Shown: positions 9,678 through 19,420 of the stretch, in pieces
How positions within the stretch are numbered: the first letter of the stretch is position 1
Layout: every line of letters starts with the position of its first letter
IMG/VR virus record: IMGVR_UViG_3300036851_000218
Span: 17,402 to 81,401 of that record
Reading direction: 5' to 3' (one strand)
Length of the DNA stretch: 64,000 nt
From: a virus
Program-made: the position numbers and the translations under genes
Notes under the pieces: generated by a model
What the model was told of the DNA's origin: nothing
Seen by the model: only the letters and a program-made list of their open reading frames with translations
The model's database searches: none

Positions 9678-12612
9678 TATTGAAACCGACACAGAGGAAT
9701 CAGGAGATGCTTGGAAAGGTAAACGCGGTCTGTCGTTCGTGTCAGACATCACCTGGGTATCGTTCTACGCCGACGGATTCGCCCCTGTGGTTTTCGATTT
9801 GGCGCACATCAATCCTGAACGACCCGCCATCATTGAATTTATACGAAAAGTTTTTAGCCGATCTGGATATACTGCAATCGCCCACAACGCCGTGTTCGAT
9901 CTGCGGTCACTTGGAGGTCAGTACGGGTTTAAAATCCCGTTAGGTTCTAAGGTGTGGGACACCCTGACCTTTGCCATTCTGCTGCTGATGGGTGAAGATT
10001 TTAAAGGCGACATATCCCTTAAGTCACTGGCAACCCGTTATAGTCTATTCAAAGACGTGGAAGAACTTGAGTTCTTAGAGCGCATGAAGTCCAAGCGGGA
10101 TGCCCTGCATTTGCAGGAGAGTGATGATGTAATGCGTTATGTTGTAGCCGATACCGTCATAACGTGGAGATTGTACGAACTGCAAAAAGCTATTATCGCA
10201 ACTTCACCTGACCCTACCGTTGAACCTTTTTCATCGGTTACGGAGGGGCAGTTTAAAATTGACATCGGCACACGCCAGAACCGACCCCGTTTTCTGTCAA
10301 CTAAACGCTGGACGAACTTACCAGAACTGGTGGAATGGGAACAGCGTATTAGCCGCTGGTGTTGCAACTCAGCCGCACGGGGTATCAAGCTGGATAAGAC
10401 CGCAGTTGCCCGACACCTTAAAATCCTGGCAGATGAATTCCGTGCTGCGCTCGATCAGGTACAGGCGGATGTCGATCAAGCCCTACGTCCCGATAAGTTA
10501 AACCAGTTATCGTTATTAATATATTATAAACGCTTAATGGATCATACCTATCATGGCAAGCCAAGTCCAAGCGTTGCCCGTTGGACATACTTTAAAGCCA
10601 ATGAAGTTTATCCGTTAGAAATACAAGGCTTGTCTATCTATGTTAAGACGGATTACGGCGATCCGCTTGAGATAGCGGATTGGTTGCACAATGCAACGCC
10701 AAAACACAACATCCCGCAGAATGAAATGTACCGTGACAACCCGCCTGTGCTGGATGTAGTGCAGTGGATTGTCGATAATATTATGAGCGAGGACGGTGAA
10801 TGGAACTGTGCCTCAGAGCAGGATGTGTATGAAAAGGCTAAGATCATTTACGAATGGTATGATGCCTTCTTCACCCGCACTACACCGATTGACCCGATGA
10901 AGTTGGCGAACATGAAATTGTTCCAGCCTTTTTATACCTTCATCGTGAAGAACTTTCCGTTCCCCAACAACGAAGATATTGCCCGTCAGCCGTTACTGGT
11001 GACAGACAAGCTGGCGAAGATGGTAGAGGCGGGTGCGGACTTAGATTTTAAAGCCGAAGTTTTTGCCAACTACGGTTGGTCATTCAGCGAAGATGCGATC
11101 CGCACTTACTGGCCTGACCTGAGTGACGAAGACCCGAATTGGACAGATGATCCGTTCGTGATCTTGTTGCAGCATAAAGCTAAGATGAGCCGCATTGATG
11201 AGTTCTACCGCCACACCGAACGGGATGGACGTTTGCACTCGATCATTGCCCGTAAGACACGGACAGGCCGCGCTACGTCGGTAACGATGAACCTGCAAAA
11301 CATCGATGTCAAAACCTATAAGGGTTATCTTGTGCCAGATGATGACACCCGTGTGTTGATCGGGATTGACATCTCGAATGCCGAGAACTGGATTTTGGCT
11401 ATGACCTTTGGCGACAGCGGCTTGGCAGAAGCCTGTGCCAGCGGTGACTTCCACTCGCAGATGACCAGCATTTACTGGCCTGATTTCTACCGCCAGTTGA
11501 TTGCCGAAGAACGGTGGGATGACTTGAAAGCATTACGCCGTAAATCCAAAGCGGTAACGTTCGGTTCAGCATATGGCGCTGGCGCACGGAAGATCAGCCG
11601 CATGATTGGTACGACACCCGAAGAAGCGAAAGTGCTGTTGGCGAACCGCGATAACCGTTTTATGAATTACTCGCAAGGCCGTATCAAACTGACACAGCGT
11701 ATTGAGAAATGCTACCGTGACGGACACCGACCCGCCTTTACTACACTGTGGTCGGGGCGACGGGTAGCCATCCCGATGAAAGAAACCACTCGCCGCTTTA
11801 TGCGGGAAGGTAAGTTCGTGGAAGAACGTCGGGTAGAACTGGCAGCTTATAAAGCCACCAACTACCTGCCACAAGGTGGCGTTGGAGAAATTATCTGGCG
11901 CGGCATTGTCCTGGCGAATGAGCAATTTGAACGGGACGGTATTGATGCCCACATCTGCTTACAGGTGCATGATGAAATCATTGTGGATACACCTGTGGAT
12001 AAAGCCTTTGAAGTGGCATCGATCATTATCAAAATCCTGGCTAGTATCGTGCCGCAGGAATTCATGAACCGGACTGTACCTGCCTGTCGCATCCTGTCTG
12101 CGTTAGGACCTGAGAACGCCAAGAAATGGGGCTTCCAGTATGACCGTGACTACCCGCTGCCCAAGAACAAGTTTGTCAATGAGTGGGGTGTGTTCGATAT
12201 GCCCGAAGGTGAGGTAGAAGCGCCCACGTGGATCGGCCCGTTTCACCAGGGTTATACCCTTGAAAGAGAAATTGCAGCCGCCTATCAAGAGCCGACTGAT
12301 GAGGCCGAAGGGAAAGATACGACTGTAGAGTTAAAGCCTAATGACCAGTGGCGGCAGCTTGAGGACTTGATGACTATTACCCGTCAGACAATGACCGCCT
12401 TAAGTCAGTATCAAAATGTATCGCGGTTGGTGATTGATGGCGAAGATAAAGGGCTGTTCGACTTCGCTAACCGGATGCTTATTCAACAGGACTTAGCCCA
12501 TAAAGGTTATGCCTGCGGGGATGAATACTGGACGGTGTTGAATCAAATCGAACAGCTTGAAGATAATCTAAAACAAATCGTACAATGGAAACAATCAATG
12601 GGGATCAGATAA
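9616..12612 (+). CDS. polA: Family A DNA polymerase with 3'-5' exonuclease
   Basis: Exo motifs VDIETD, HNAVFD, YVVAD; TRTGR..S..NLQN; motif A DISNAE, motif B RRKSKAVTFGSAYG, motif C LQVHDEI. Confidence 0.92.
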   Translation: MYITNPDQASWLLEVPAFSVDIETDTEESGDAWKGKRGLSFVSDITWVSFYADGFAPVVFDLAHINPERPAIIEFIRKVFSRSGYTAIAHNAVFDLRSLGGQYGFKIPLGSKVWDTLTFAILLLMGEDFKGDISLKSLATRYSLFKDVEELEFLERMKSKRDALHLQESDDVMRYVVADTVITWRLYELQKAIIATSPDPTVEPFSSVTEGQFKIDIGTRQNRPRFLSTKRWTNLPELVEWEQRISRWCCNSAARGIKLDKTAVARHLKILADEFRAALDQVQADVDQALRPDKLNQLSLLIYYKRLMDHTYHGKPSPSVARWTYFKANEVYPLEIQGLSIYVKTDYGDPLEIADWLHNATPKHNIPQNEMYRDNPPVLDVVQWIVDNIMSEDGEWNCASEQDVYEKAKIIYEWYDAFFTRTTPIDPMKLANMKLFQPFYTFIVKNFPFPNNEDIARQPLLVTDKLAKMVEAGADLDFKAEVFANYGWSFSEDAIRTYWPDLSDEDPNWTDDPFVILLQHKAKMSRIDEFYRHTERDGRLHSIIARKTRTGRATSVTMNLQNIDVKTYKGYLVPDDDTRVLIGIDISNAENWILAMTFGDSGLAEACASGDFHSQMTSIYWPDFYRQLIAEERWDDLKALRRKSKAVTFGSAYGAGARKISRMIGTTPEEAKVLLANRDNRFMNYSQGRIKLTQRIEKCYRDGHRPAFTTLWSGRRVAIPMKETTRRFMREGKFVEERRVELAAYKATNYLPQGGVGEIIWRGIVLANEQFERDGIDAHICLQVHDEIIVDTPVDKAFEVASIIIKILASIVPQEFMNRTVPACRILSALGPENAKKWGFQYDRDYPLPKNKFVNEWGVFDMPEGEVEAPTWIGPFHQGYTLEREIAAAYQEPTDEAEGKDTTVELKPNDQWRQLEDLMTITRQTMTALSQYQNVSRLVIDGEDKGLFDFANRMLIQQDLAHKGYACGDEYWTVLNQIEQLEDNLKQIVQWKQSMGIR

Positions 12613-12827
12613 TGGCGCAAATGCAAAATACAAATCAACTGTTTTTGAAAACTCAGGTGTGGCGAGAGGGCGGTAAGTGGTATGTTAACTTCACTGCACC
12701 GCGTTGGTTCATTGATGAACTGGAACATGCTACTATCCGTGTAGAGTCGTCCCGTATTCTAGCGGGTGGCACTCAGTTTGATGAGGCTGGATTGCTCATT
12801 AGTTTTAAACCCGAAGAGAAAGATTAG
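12612..12827 (+). CDS. Hypothetical protein
   Basis: TAATG coupling with the polymerase. Confidence 0.6.
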   Translation: MAQMQNTNQLFLKTQVWREGGKWYVNFTAPRWFIDELEHATIRVESSRILAGGTQFDEAGLLISFKPEEKD

Positions 12828-12855
12828 CAATTTCTAAAGTTCCCTGAACAACTCC

Positions 12856-12883
12856 TTGACATTTGTGAATTTTCAGTTAGAAT
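12856..12883 (+). promoter_or_regulatory. Sigma70-type promoter
   Basis: TTGACA-16-TAGAAT in an intergenic gap. Confidence 0.55.
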
Positions 12884-12915
12884 GTAGGTAGTGTTCGGGG
12901 ATATATTATATAAGG

Positions 12916-13146
12916 GTGAATCTAATGAGCGAAGAACAGAAGAAAGTAATTCAGTTAGCGTTGGGGGTCAATTCCGGTAGACTAACACTTCTCGATGATG
13001 ACGACTATCGGGTGTTAGGGTTTGATCCAAATAAAATACGTCGTTACGGTGGTCCTACCATTAATGAGGTTAAAGCAGTCTGTGAGGAAGTCCTGACCGA
13101 CCTACTGGTAACGCTGTGGGAAGATATGTACGAGGCAACAGTATAA
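12916..13146 (+). CDS. Hypothetical protein
   Basis: 76-aa ORF after the promoter; coupled to the next gene. Confidence 0.55.
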   Translation: MNLMSEEQKKVIQLALGVNSGRLTLLDDDDYRVLGFDPNKIRRYGGPTINEVKAVCEEVLTDLLVTLWEDMYEATV

Positions 13147-13628
13147 TGGACAAGCAAAGCCGTCTTTTGAAAGCCCTTTTAATTCAGAAACGAATGGGAG
13201 GCGCAAGGGCGACTTTGCCCACGCCGAACTACTCGCCTAGGGCAACGTGGGTGTCTCACCACCTGCGCCGTAATTACGGTTTGTACAAACATCTGTGGAA
13301 CGACGACACTCCAACCACCGTAGAGAAACATGCGCTTAAGGATATTATTACGTGGCAGAAAGAGGTATATGTCAGCCAGCTAATTGCTTTAAGCGCCTGT
13401 ACGCCTATCGAATTGGAGTCGCTGTTTACAGACCGATCCATTTGCCCCTTCCTGGTTGTGTACGGCAACACAAAAATCCTGTGTGATGGAAATCACCGCT
13501 TCTGGTGGTTGTATAACCTGGGTTACGAAACAGCTTATTTCCACACACTGCACTATGACCCAACCGCACGACCCATTAAAAAAATACAAATACTTGAGAT
13601 GGGGGTTGACAATACGGTGAGAGTGTAA
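13146..13628 (+). CDS. ParB/Srx-like domain protein
   Basis: PFLVV...ILCDGNHRF motif; likely start at the TAATG overlap. Confidence 0.6.
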   Translation: MDKQSRLLKALLIQKRMGGARATLPTPNYSPRATWVSHHLRRNYGLYKHLWNDDTPTTVEKHALKDIITWQKEVYVSQLIALSACTPIELESLFTDRSICPFLVVYGNTKILCDGNHRFWWLYNLGYETAYFHTLHYDPTARPIKKIQILEMGVDNTVRV

Positions 13629-13634
13629 TAGAAT
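13606..13634 (+). promoter_or_regulatory. Sigma70-type promoter
   Basis: TTGACA-17-TAGAAT, 7 bp upstream of ATG 13642 (possible leaderless mRNA). Confidence 0.55.
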
Positions 13635-13641
13635 ATATTAC

Positions 13642-14235
13642 ATGATACCAACACCGGAAGAACCACTTATCTTAATTTACCCTGGTCGCATCCCTGCCAT
13701 GAAAAACTCTATCCAACTGAGCCTGGATAATGAGGGGCATGTGACCAGCGTTGGGAGGAGCAAAGCAGTGCGAATTGCTTTAACGCAATTCGCTGGCAGT
13801 TCCGAACAACAACGTATCCGCCAGGGTTTTGAAGTCATTCCGCTGCCCTGGCGGATTGGGGCGTGGGTGAAACTTGGTTTTTACCTTGCCCCTAAATCAA
13901 AAGCTGTCATCACTAAACAAGATGCAGATAACGCTTACACCACTATTCAGGAAACCTGGGCAGGTGGTGTATGTGAGAATGACCGTCAGGTGTTTGATTT
14001 CCACGTCACTCAAAACCTCATCCGCAATAAAAATTTATTATACTCTGTCGCCTTTGTTTATGCCCTTGACCCTGAGCTACCGTCCCCCACTGATAGTTTT
14101 ATTAAACTATATAATAAGTTTAAGGATATGAAGACATGGCAGTTGAGCCAGCAGGCGTATACGCCGGATCGGGTATTGGAGAAATACAAGGATGTAATGA
14201 TCCAGTCATCTCCCATCAGTATGCCCGAAGGTTAG
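13642..14235 (+). CDS. rusA: RusA-like Holliday junction resolvase
   Basis: PGRIPAMKNS N-terminus; DADN...I.E....G...NDRQV acidic motif pattern. Confidence 0.65.
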   Translation: MIPTPEEPLILIYPGRIPAMKNSIQLSLDNEGHVTSVGRSKAVRIALTQFAGSSEQQRIRQGFEVIPLPWRIGAWVKLGFYLAPKSKAVITKQDADNAYTTIQETWAGGVCENDRQVFDFHVTQNLIRNKNLLYSVAFVYALDPELPSPTDSFIKLYNKFKDMKTWQLSQQAYTPDRVLEKYKDVMIQSSPISMPEG

Positions 14236-15041
14236 CCACCCGCGACGAAGATCGTCAGCAGCCCGAAATCTCACAACTTCCTGACAATTTAAAAGCATCT
14301 CACTTCACATTCTCATATGTACAACCCTCTAACAAAGACCTTATTGACAAAGTTAATGCTTTTATAGTACGATATGAATGGTTGGGAAAACCCTCACTAT
14401 ATGTCACCCACCGCTTCGTCGCAATGTACAAAGATTTGATCGGCGGTGTGGTGACAATGGATATGCCAATCGCCTTTAGTAAGCTGCTTGGTGAGAATAC
14501 ACGAAAAATTGAACGGCTGGTATCCAGGGGTGCAAGCGCATCATGGACACCCAAGAACTTAGCCAGCGCCCATATCATGTGGGCAATCCGTTGGATGGTA
14601 CAGAATACAGACTACAGGATATTCACAGCTTATGCTGATCCAGAAGCCAAAGAACTCGGAACAATTTATCAAGCCTGCAATTTCACCTATCTTGGACAGC
14701 GATACGGAACTACCACCATGCTCCGTGACCCTGCTAATCTTGAACGCGGATGGTTCACTGACCGAACATTACGATCACCATCCTCATTTGCTAGATACGC
14801 TAAAACATTGGGGGTTGATTGGAAACGGGGACAACCCCTCTCTGTTGGACAACGAGATGTATTCAATCAATACGCAAAATTAGTTGAAGCTAAATGTGAA
14901 GTGAAGCGGCAACCCGCTAAACATAAATATATGTACATATTAGGAAAGACGAAAGCTGAAACAAAGAAACTCACTGCCGAATTCCGACGGTTAAATCCTA
15001 AGTTAATAGATTTACCCTATCCGAAAGTAAGAGGCCAGTAA
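14136..15041 (+). CDS. mom: Mom-like GNAT-fold DNA modification protein
   Basis: FIVRYEWLG, IERLVSRG, AYADP...GTIYQACNFTYLG, KHKYMYIL, YPK: motif set typical of the Mu Mom family. Start uncertain (100-bp overlap with the RusA-like gene). Confidence 0.75.
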   Translation: MAVEPAGVYAGSGIGEIQGCNDPVISHQYARRLATRDEDRQQPEISQLPDNLKASHFTFSYVQPSNKDLIDKVNAFIVRYEWLGKPSLYVTHRFVAMYKDLIGGVVTMDMPIAFSKLLGENTRKIERLVSRGASASWTPKNLASAHIMWAIRWMVQNTDYRIFTAYADPEAKELGTIYQACNFTYLGQRYGTTTMLRDPANLERGWFTDRTLRSPSSFARYAKTLGVDWKRGQPLSVGQRDVFNQYAKLVEAKCEVKRQPAKHKYMYILGKTKAETKKLTAEFRRLNPKLIDLPYPKVRGQ

Positions 15042-16213
15042 TGACAAAGAAATCAGCAGAGACTTTTATACCCGAAGAGATTTTAAATGTATTACAAGCA
15101 CTTAAAGCGAAACACAATTGGGTGGATGTATCTCCTTATAACAAATGGCTCAGAGAGAACCGTCCCACCATCCCTAAGAGTACCGTTACCCGCTGGACGC
15201 GCTCGTTCACTACGGGTGCGGCGCATTCTGAGACCCCCACTTGGCACAAACATTACCGTGAAGAGAAGTCACTTGTCCCGTCTCGCTTTTCTGCTCTCAA
15301 AAATGGAGCAATCCAAGCAGCAAGGGCGCAGTGGGAGCGAGATGGACAAATCCGCTACGTAAACATGTCTGATTTTCATCGACCTCTCGGTGACGGGGCG
15401 ATACTCACACTCGGTATGAGGATTGTGAGGGACTTTAAACCCAATGCTTTCCCCTGTTTCACTGATTGGTTTGACATGGATCGCTTTAACCAGCACCCAC
15501 CTAAACCTGGGAGTGCGGGGGTGGAGTTCAGTGACGATCCTGAGAACGAAGAAATTGTAATAGAACGTAAGAACAAATTCAGCGAACTGGAAGCCATGTC
15601 GCTTGAGACCATTAACATGGTTAAGGCGGCTGTCCCTGTTGATTGCGTCCTGCTTAATCTGTGGGGCAATCATGAACAGTGGTTGCTGCGTTCGATGTTA
15701 GGCGAACAAATCGATAGCGAATTTGGCGAATATTATATTGACAAATATTTTCAGTTGTTGTACGATAATGATATATTATGGTGTGAAGGAGAAAAGAACC
15801 ATTGGCTACCACTAACGAAACTTTTTTGGGTCGGTCATGGACACCGTTCCCGCAGCGGCTTTGGAAAGACAGCGCAAGGGTATCTAAACTTACTACGTGC
15901 GACTGCGAGTGTTGCGGTGGGACACACTCACCGACAGGAAGTAGTGTATGTACCTGTGCCATACGACGGGCAACGATTCGCCGCTGTTGCGGGTACTATG
16001 GGGCAAGTACAACCCGTTTATACCAACCGAGAATTTACAGGCCATAGTTGGGGGTTTCAACTGATTGAACACCCATTCCACCATTCCAAAGGCAATCACG
16101 TTGAAGATGTACGGATTAACTATCAGGATGGTTATTACGTCACCCGTGTATTTGGTAAAGAATATTCGGAGCAAGCCACATTCACCTATGACGAATATAT
16201 GGATTTCATCTAA
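15041..16213 (+). CDS. Calcineurin-like metallophosphoesterase
   Basis: SDFH, DWFD, GNHE, GHGH, GHTH motifs. Confidence 0.8.
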   Translation: MTKKSAETFIPEEILNVLQALKAKHNWVDVSPYNKWLRENRPTIPKSTVTRWTRSFTTGAAHSETPTWHKHYREEKSLVPSRFSALKNGAIQAARAQWERDGQIRYVNMSDFHRPLGDGAILTLGMRIVRDFKPNAFPCFTDWFDMDRFNQHPPKPGSAGVEFSDDPENEEIVIERKNKFSELEAMSLETINMVKAAVPVDCVLLNLWGNHEQWLLRSMLGEQIDSEFGEYYIDKYFQLLYDNDILWCEGEKNHWLPLTKLFWVGHGHRSRSGFGKTAQGYLNLLRATASVAVGHTHRQEVVYVPVPYDGQRFAAVAGTMGQVQPVYTNREFTGHSWGFQLIEHPFHHSKGNHVEDVRINYQDGYYVTRVFGKEYSEQATFTYDEYMDFI

Positions 16214-16437
16214 TGAAGCCCAAGATGTTAACCTGGGAACACCGTTATCAAATCTGGCTATTCAACTACATGAACTGCCACGTAGCACCGCCGGAAGTTC
16301 ATCAAAAGTTACATGATCTTGGATGGATTGAACCCCATCCAGACAAACCAAAAGGTCATATTCGTATGACCGTTGAAGGCGCAAAAGCTATACATGCATT
16401 ATGGTTAGGAGAAGTATATGTCAACAAAGACGTTTGA
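16213..16437 (+). CDS. Hypothetical protein, possible winged helix
   Basis: L..LGWI...RMTVEG pattern; TAATG coupling. Confidence 0.55.
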   Translation: MKPKMLTWEHRYQIWLFNYMNCHVAPPEVHQKLHDLGWIEPHPDKPKGHIRMTVEGAKAIHALWLGEVYVNKDV

Positions 16438-16666
16438 GATACGCTTTCCTGACAATGTACTTGACAAAGAACCTGATTTTCTGGATAATGCTTTTCGCAC
16501 AATTCAAGCACAAGGACGGATTGTCCGCATAGAATACCATAAAGTATATTCGTACTGGAAACGTCATAGCGGCTATAGAACATTAGAAACAATGGTGGAC
16601 GAAATACCACTTGTTGAAATAGAAGAACCAATGGGTACTAACAGCATAAGTGTGGAGGTAGTATGA
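16418..16666 (+). CDS. Hypothetical protein
   Basis: AGGAG RBS. Confidence 0.55.
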   Translation: MSTKTFEIRFPDNVLDKEPDFLDNAFRTIQAQGRIVRIEYHKVYSYWKRHSGYRTLETMVDEIPLVEIEEPMGTNSISVEVV

Positions 16667-17043
16667 CAAAGCAGATGCACGACTTGGCTCAGGAAGACAA
16701 ACGCGCTCGTCGGCTAGCTAGACGAACACACGAGGAGCTACAACGTATGGTATCGACCAATAAGCCCGAAGTTGGCGAAGTGTTCCGAGTCATGCCCGAT
16801 GACATTGATGAGTGGATTGTCGTTAATGCTAAGATGGATGGCGGCTCACACGGCGGACGTGGTGGAATGGACAGTGACTACCCCGATGGATGGCATGTGT
16901 TTGCCCGACGGTTAGATGCGGATGGTAACTACGATCCGAAAGGTATTAAGTGGGACTTCTACACCAGTGGATGTTTCAGTAACATGCTTCGTCAAGTGTG
17001 GCTGACAGGTCGCAAGCTAAAAAAGGTGGTTACATTTGAATAA
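16663..17043 (+). CDS. Hypothetical protein
   Basis: GGAGGT RBS; ATGA overlap. Confidence 0.65.
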   Translation: MTKQMHDLAQEDKRARRLARRTHEELQRMVSTNKPEVGEVFRVMPDDIDEWIVVNAKMDGGSHGGRGGMDSDYPDGWHVFARRLDADGNYDPKGIKWDFYTSGCFSNMLRQVWLTGRKLKKVVTFE

Positions 17044-17304
17044 AGACATCTCTCCCTACGTAGCGATATGCGTATGCTTAGTTGCCATTTTTATTGTGTA
17101 CGTTGTGTATAAGTTAGCCAGCGGTTGTTAATGAGTAAGCCCGTTGTGCTGACGGTTTGTTTCCCTGGCAGTTGGGAATCTAACACAGCCTTTATTGACA
17201 CTGCAATTATGATGATCCAAAACCAGGGAACGATCAAACAAATCTATTACGAAGTACACGGCACAGTACATCAATTACAATTTTTTATAAGGAGATTCGA
17301 ATAA

Positions 17305-17757
17305 ATGGATAATCCAAGCGGTTTAGTTATTGCTCTATCTATTCTAGTTATCATTGGTGCAGCTGTGTATGTAGCATTTTTCCGTCTGCCAATGAAAGAT
17401 GTTGATCCCTTTGATCGGGCAGTAGATATTTATAATGCTGCTTTATTTCTAACGCCTAGCAACAAACAGTATTTAGACGATAAACTTATTGTCAACCGAA
17501 ATGTAGACATAGTAAAAATTATATTGCGCGATAAAAACAGCACGGTTGTATTTGAAGCAGGTGACAGTATGAGTGTCCGAGATGTTTATCGAGGGCAATA
17601 CAGCATTCCCACTAACATAAATACTCATCGTCCAGGTCAGTGGGTAGACTACTTACTTGACACCGCCGTACCTACTGTCAAGAAACAACGTCAGGAAGAA
17701 GTTCGTAGAAAACGTCGGGAGGCTAATCCGCCAGTTGATGATCGGGATTTGTTCTAA
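17305..17757 (+). CDS. Membrane-anchored protein (paralog A)
   Basis: N-terminal TM helix; shares motifs with the next gene. Confidence 0.7.
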   Translation: MDNPSGLVIALSILVIIGAAVYVAFFRLPMKDVDPFDRAVDIYNAALFLTPSNKQYLDDKLIVNRNVDIVKIILRDKNSTVVFEAGDSMSVRDVYRGQYSIPTNINTHRPGQWVDYLLDTAVPTVKKQRQEEVRRKRREANPPVDDRDLF

Positions 17758-18257
17758 TGGAACGTATTATTTTAGACGCGCTTCCAAATTTAATAGTAGT
17801 GACATTGTTCCTTCTTATCTCAGTATTAATTATTAAAGGCGTTCATTGGTGGGTATTTCAGCGTACTCTGAAAGAGAAATTCACTCCTACTAAGCAAGTC
17901 AACTTAGATGACCCCAACATAAAAGCCAAAGAAGTATATGGTATGGCTTGGCGACTTGCATGGCAGGACGCGTATGAAGATGATTTCCTAAAGATTGAAA
18001 AAGACGGGGACGATATAACAATTTACCTTAAGGACGGAGAGAAGCGAATAACTGTTCTCAAAACTAATGGTGTGTCTAATATATACAATAATTCAATCGA
18101 ACTGTCCGATCAAGAATTAGTTGAGTTTCATCCAGGGCTTTGGGTAGAACACTTAGTAGAAACTTTTTTAGATTACCATAAAGCCCAGGAAGAAGAAAGA
18201 CGCGCAGCGAAAGCACGGCGCTTTGCCAAGGTCAACGACGCGCATATATTCGATTAA
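17757..18257 (+). CDS. Membrane-anchored protein (paralog B)
   Basis: N-terminal TM helix; HPGLWVEHLVET vs HRPGQWVDYLLDT in paralog A. Confidence 0.7.
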   Translation: MERIILDALPNLIVVTLFLLISVLIIKGVHWWVFQRTLKEKFTPTKQVNLDDPNIKAKEVYGMAWRLAWQDAYEDDFLKIEKDGDDITIYLKDGEKRITVLKTNGVSNIYNNSIELSDQELVEFHPGLWVEHLVETFLDYHKAQEEERRAAKARRFAKVNDAHIFD

Positions 18258-18265
18258 ACAATGTC

Positions 18266-18294
18266 TTGACAATTCCCTTACGCTGTGCTATAAT
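18266..18294 (+). promoter_or_regulatory. Consensus sigma70 promoter
   Basis: TTGACA-17-TATAAT with extended -10 TG. Confidence 0.8.
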
Positions 18295-18324
18295 ATGTTC
18301 ATATAAATTGTCTAAGGAGACGAA

Positions 18325-18840
18325 ATGGTTAGCGAAAACAACGGAAATATTTTCGACCAACTCGGTCAACGTGGTCTGTCAGCCTTTCTGACAGGTTTTA
18401 TTCTGGTAGTATTGTATCTGATCGCGGCTGCAACAGGCCGTAACCCGCTGGAACTTCCAGTAGCCGAAGACGGCGTGACCGTCATCACCCCTGAGTTTAT
18501 CCTCAGTATGCTCGGCCCTGCCGTAATGCTGGTCTACACGCTGGCGAAACTCTTTAAGAGTATTACCACCCGTGTTGCCCTGCAAGCCCTGGCATCGGCT
18601 CAAGCGATTGATCCAGGCAACGTTATCGCACTGCTGAAAATCCGTGAATTCTGGATTACGGTTGTGACGACTGTGTTTGCTGGACTGATGATGTTCAACC
18701 TGCGCTTTTGGGAAGAAGGTCAAGAAGCCACCGTCATTGACGTTATTGTAAATATGATTATGGCATTCATGGCTACCCTGCAAAGCAGCTACTCACAGCG
18801 TCCCGCCGGAGCGACTATCCAGATTGTCGAAGCTGATTAG
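18325..18840 (+). CDS. Four-TM membrane protein, holin-like
   Basis: Four hydrophobic segments; LKIREFW resembles the KSRKFW holin motif; strong RBS. Confidence 0.5.
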   Translation: MVSENNGNIFDQLGQRGLSAFLTGFILVVLYLIAAATGRNPLELPVAEDGVTVITPEFILSMLGPAVMLVYTLAKLFKSITTRVALQALASAQAIDPGNVIALLKIREFWITVVTTVFAGLMMFNLRFWEEGQEATVIDVIVNMIMAFMATLQSSYSQRPAGATIQIVEAD

Positions 18841-18886
18841 TTACTAACAAGTGTTTTACTACTTGATAAGATTATAGGAGAATAAA

Positions 18887-19354
18887 ATGGGAGTTTTAAA
18901 AACGATTCGTGTAACCCCTACCATTACTGCTGGCGCTTACAGCGCGGCGGATGCGGTAGGACAGAGGATGTCCGTGACCCTGCCTTTCGGCGCTCTTGGG
19001 AAATCGGGCTACCTCCGTGCTTTGACGGTCTTCGATAAGGGTAACGTTAAGGCCAATTTGCTTCTGCACCTATTCCGCGACACCTTCACAGGTGCAGTGG
19101 ACAACGCAGCGTTCGCTGCAACCGACGCAGAAGTAGTGGCTAAAGGTGTCGGCATTGTGGACATTGCCGTTGCCGATTACAAGTCGAATGGTACGGTGTA
19201 CGCAGTTGCAACCAAAGCCAATCTTGACATCCCGATCACTTTCCCGCGTAGCAAGTCCACCCTGTACATTCAGTTGCAAGCAGTTGCGACCCCGACCTAC
19301 ATTTCAACGTCTGACTTGACCCTGCTGTTCGCTTTCGAAACAGCAAACGACTAA
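18887..19354 (+). CDS. Probable virion structural protein (beta-rich, Ala/Thr/Val-rich)
   Basis: Composition; AGGAG RBS; last gene before the convergent terminator. Confidence 0.5.
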   Translation: MGVLKTIRVTPTITAGAYSAADAVGQRMSVTLPFGALGKSGYLRALTVFDKGNVKANLLLHLFRDTFTGAVDNAAFAATDAEVVAKGVGIVDIAVADYKSNGTVYAVATKANLDIPITFPRSKSTLYIQLQAVATPTYISTSDLTLLFAFETAND

Positions 19355-19387
19355 TTGTAAACACACTTGTTGGTAAAGCAGTAAAAG

Positions 19388-19413
19388 AAAAGCCACTCAA
19401 TTGAGTGGCTTTT
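19388..19413. terminator. Bidirectional rho-independent terminator
   Basis: Perfect palindrome AAAAGCCACTCAATTGAGTGGCTTTT where the two arms converge. Confidence 0.85.
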
Positions 19414-19420
19414 TTGTTGC

